Shown in pieces: positions 25,883 to 26,878 of a stretch of 26,878 bases of DNA. Source of the stretch: Promethearchaeota archaeon (GTDB lineage Archaea > Asgardarchaeota > Odinarchaeia > Odinarchaeales > JBHLKK01). The notes beneath the pieces are model-generated. The model made no database searches, had not been told where the DNA came from, and saw only the letters and a list, made by a program, of their open reading frames with translations. How positions within the stretch are numbered: position 1 is the first letter of the stretch; every line of letters starts with the position of its first letter. The DNA lies in contig JBHLPL010000012.1 in the NCBI GenBank assembly GCA_048939465.1, positions 1 to 26,878 on the forward strand. Direction: 5' to 3'. Both the position numbers and the translations under genes were made by a program.

Positions 25883-25933
25883 GTTTACGAACTTTTTTAT
25901 CCTTGGCTTTTCAAGTAATGCACAGCATTTGAG
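25883..25933 (+). repeat. 51-bp direct repeat, copy 1 (promoter/5'UTR-like module)
   Basis: GTTTACGAACTTTTTTATCCTTGGCTTTTCAAGTAATGCACAGCATTTGAG; 45/51 identical to copy 2, with the first 24 nt identical. Confidence 0.9.
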
Positions 25934-26318
25934 CAGATTAGACAAGCAGAATAGATCTTCTGAGGTGAAGCGTTTGAAGGATTCGGATGCTCTCAAGAGA
26001 ATAGCGAAGGAATTGGATGATCTTGAGAGGATGGATAAGGAAGATCAGGAGAAAATTCGAAAATCATTTTATGAAGACTTGACCAAATTCGATATAGACA
26101 TTCTGAGAATATTGAGCAGAGATTTACTTATTACAGGGAAAGGTGAGTCAATAGCAGTGAGGGCAACGAAAGAGCATATGGATGCCTTGGTGAGATTAAT
26201 AATACTTGGTTTTGCAGAACTGAAAAAGAGGGAAAATGGCAAATATTTATTGAAGGTATCAAAATCGGGAAAGAGATTCCTCGAGGATACTGAGCAGGGG
26301 GCTGATTTTGAGGACTAG
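25929..26318 (+). CDS. Hypothetical protein with charged N-terminal helix and probable C-terminal winged helix (TTG start uncertain)
   Basis: FDIDILRIL...ALVRLIILGFAELKKRENGKYLLKVSKSGKRFL is a wHTH-like pattern. Confidence 0.7.
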   Translation: MSRLDKQNRSSEVKRLKDSDALKRIAKELDDLERMDKEDQEKIRKSFYEDLTKFDIDILRILSRDLLITGKGESIAVRATKEHMDALVRLIILGFAELKKRENGKYLLKVSKSGKRFLEDTEQGADFED

Positions 26319-26334
26319 TCCCCAAAAAGATTAG

Positions 26335-26385
26335 GTTTACGAACTTTTTTATCCTTGGATTTTCAAGTACTAAACAGTGTTTGAG
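26335..26385 (+). repeat. 51-bp direct repeat, copy 2
   Basis: GTTTACGAACTTTTTTATCCTTGGATTTTCAAGTACTAAACAGTGTTTGAG; 452 nt downstream of copy 1, directly upstream of the next gene. Confidence 0.9.
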
Positions 26386-26395
26386 GGGAGTTTAG

Positions 26396-26878
26396 ATGGT
26401 AATTGATGAACTAACCGTTGCGCTCGTGGGGATACTTGGGGCACTTGGTGGAGTATTATTAGGAGGGCTACTCAATTATTTCATCATTCATCAACAGATA
26501 AAGTCTCAAGAGAAAAGAACGATATTCGAAAAAAAAGCAAGTTACATTGATGATTTCTATTTTCCACTTGGTGATAGAATATTTAATATTATGTACTATA
26601 CTGGTATTTGCTCGACTCATATCGGTCTTGTAGAGTCGGGAGGAGACGTTATCGAAACATACAAGAACTTTGGGGAATCGGCTAAGGAATATGTTGATTT
26701 CGTTTTTTGTAATTTGTCAAAGGGAGATTTACTTCTCCCTAAAATGAGATGGCATCTCTTTCTGCATTTAAGGGATTTGCTTCATCCTTTGATAAAGAGG
26801 ATTAGGAATATCTCATTGGAAACTTCAGCACTGCAATTGCTTAGTGAACTGTTAGCAGTCATAGAACTTAGATCAAGC
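26396..26878 (+). CDS. Partial CDS (runs off right edge; not in ORF track): N-terminal TM helix plus soluble helical domain
   Basis: ATG 26396 after GAGGGG is open to the window end (161 codons): MVIDELTVALVGILGALGGVLLGGLLNYFIIHQQIKSQEKRTIFEKK... Confidence 0.8.
   Translation, partial: MVIDELTVALVGILGALGGVLLGGLLNYFIIHQQIKSQEKRTIFEKKASYIDDFYFPLGDRIFNIMYYTGICSTHIGLVESGGDVIETYKNFGESAKEYVDFVFCNLSKGDLLLPKMRWHLFLHLRDLLHPLIKRIRNISLETSALQLLSELLAVIELRSS

Noticed and set aside
25883-26385. CRISPR array or integron attC sites
   Set aside because: Only two copies separated by a whole gene; no RYYYAAC...GTTRRRY ends or extended bottom-strand hairpin; no cas or intI gene in the window.

Overview
Archaeal chromosomal window, very likely Asgard (inferred from a non-prenylated Rab-like GTPase, a longin-domain fusion and archaeal-type GluRS, thermosome, ThiDN and GTP-PEPCK). 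Most of it is housekeeping genes: thiDN, thermosome, gltX, a CPBP protease, an isolated nuoL-nuoM pair, ilvE, pckG and a paaK-like ligase. It also has a cluster of uncharacterised coiled-coil genes with a small OB-fold gene, a KaiC/RAD55-longin-wHTH fusion, two pseudogenes, and two edge-truncated genes absent from the ORF track. The main non-obvious signal is four related ~250-345 bp non-coding elements (E1 4711-4963 +, E2 12053-12395 +, E3 ~14957-14655 -, E4 ~25351-25653 +). Each has IS200/IS605-like left- and right-end 8-bp hairpins and a GTTYAC terminus, but no tnpA or tnpB. Three keep an internal GTRAAC that co-varies with the terminus, and three keep an internal TATA-like box. They therefore look like stand-alone omegaRNA (TnpB guide RNA) cassettes, each with a different flanking guide. 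The right end of the window becomes an accessory-looking region in which two unrelated genes are each preceded by the same 51-bp element. All family assignments come from manual motif reading; no database searches were run.
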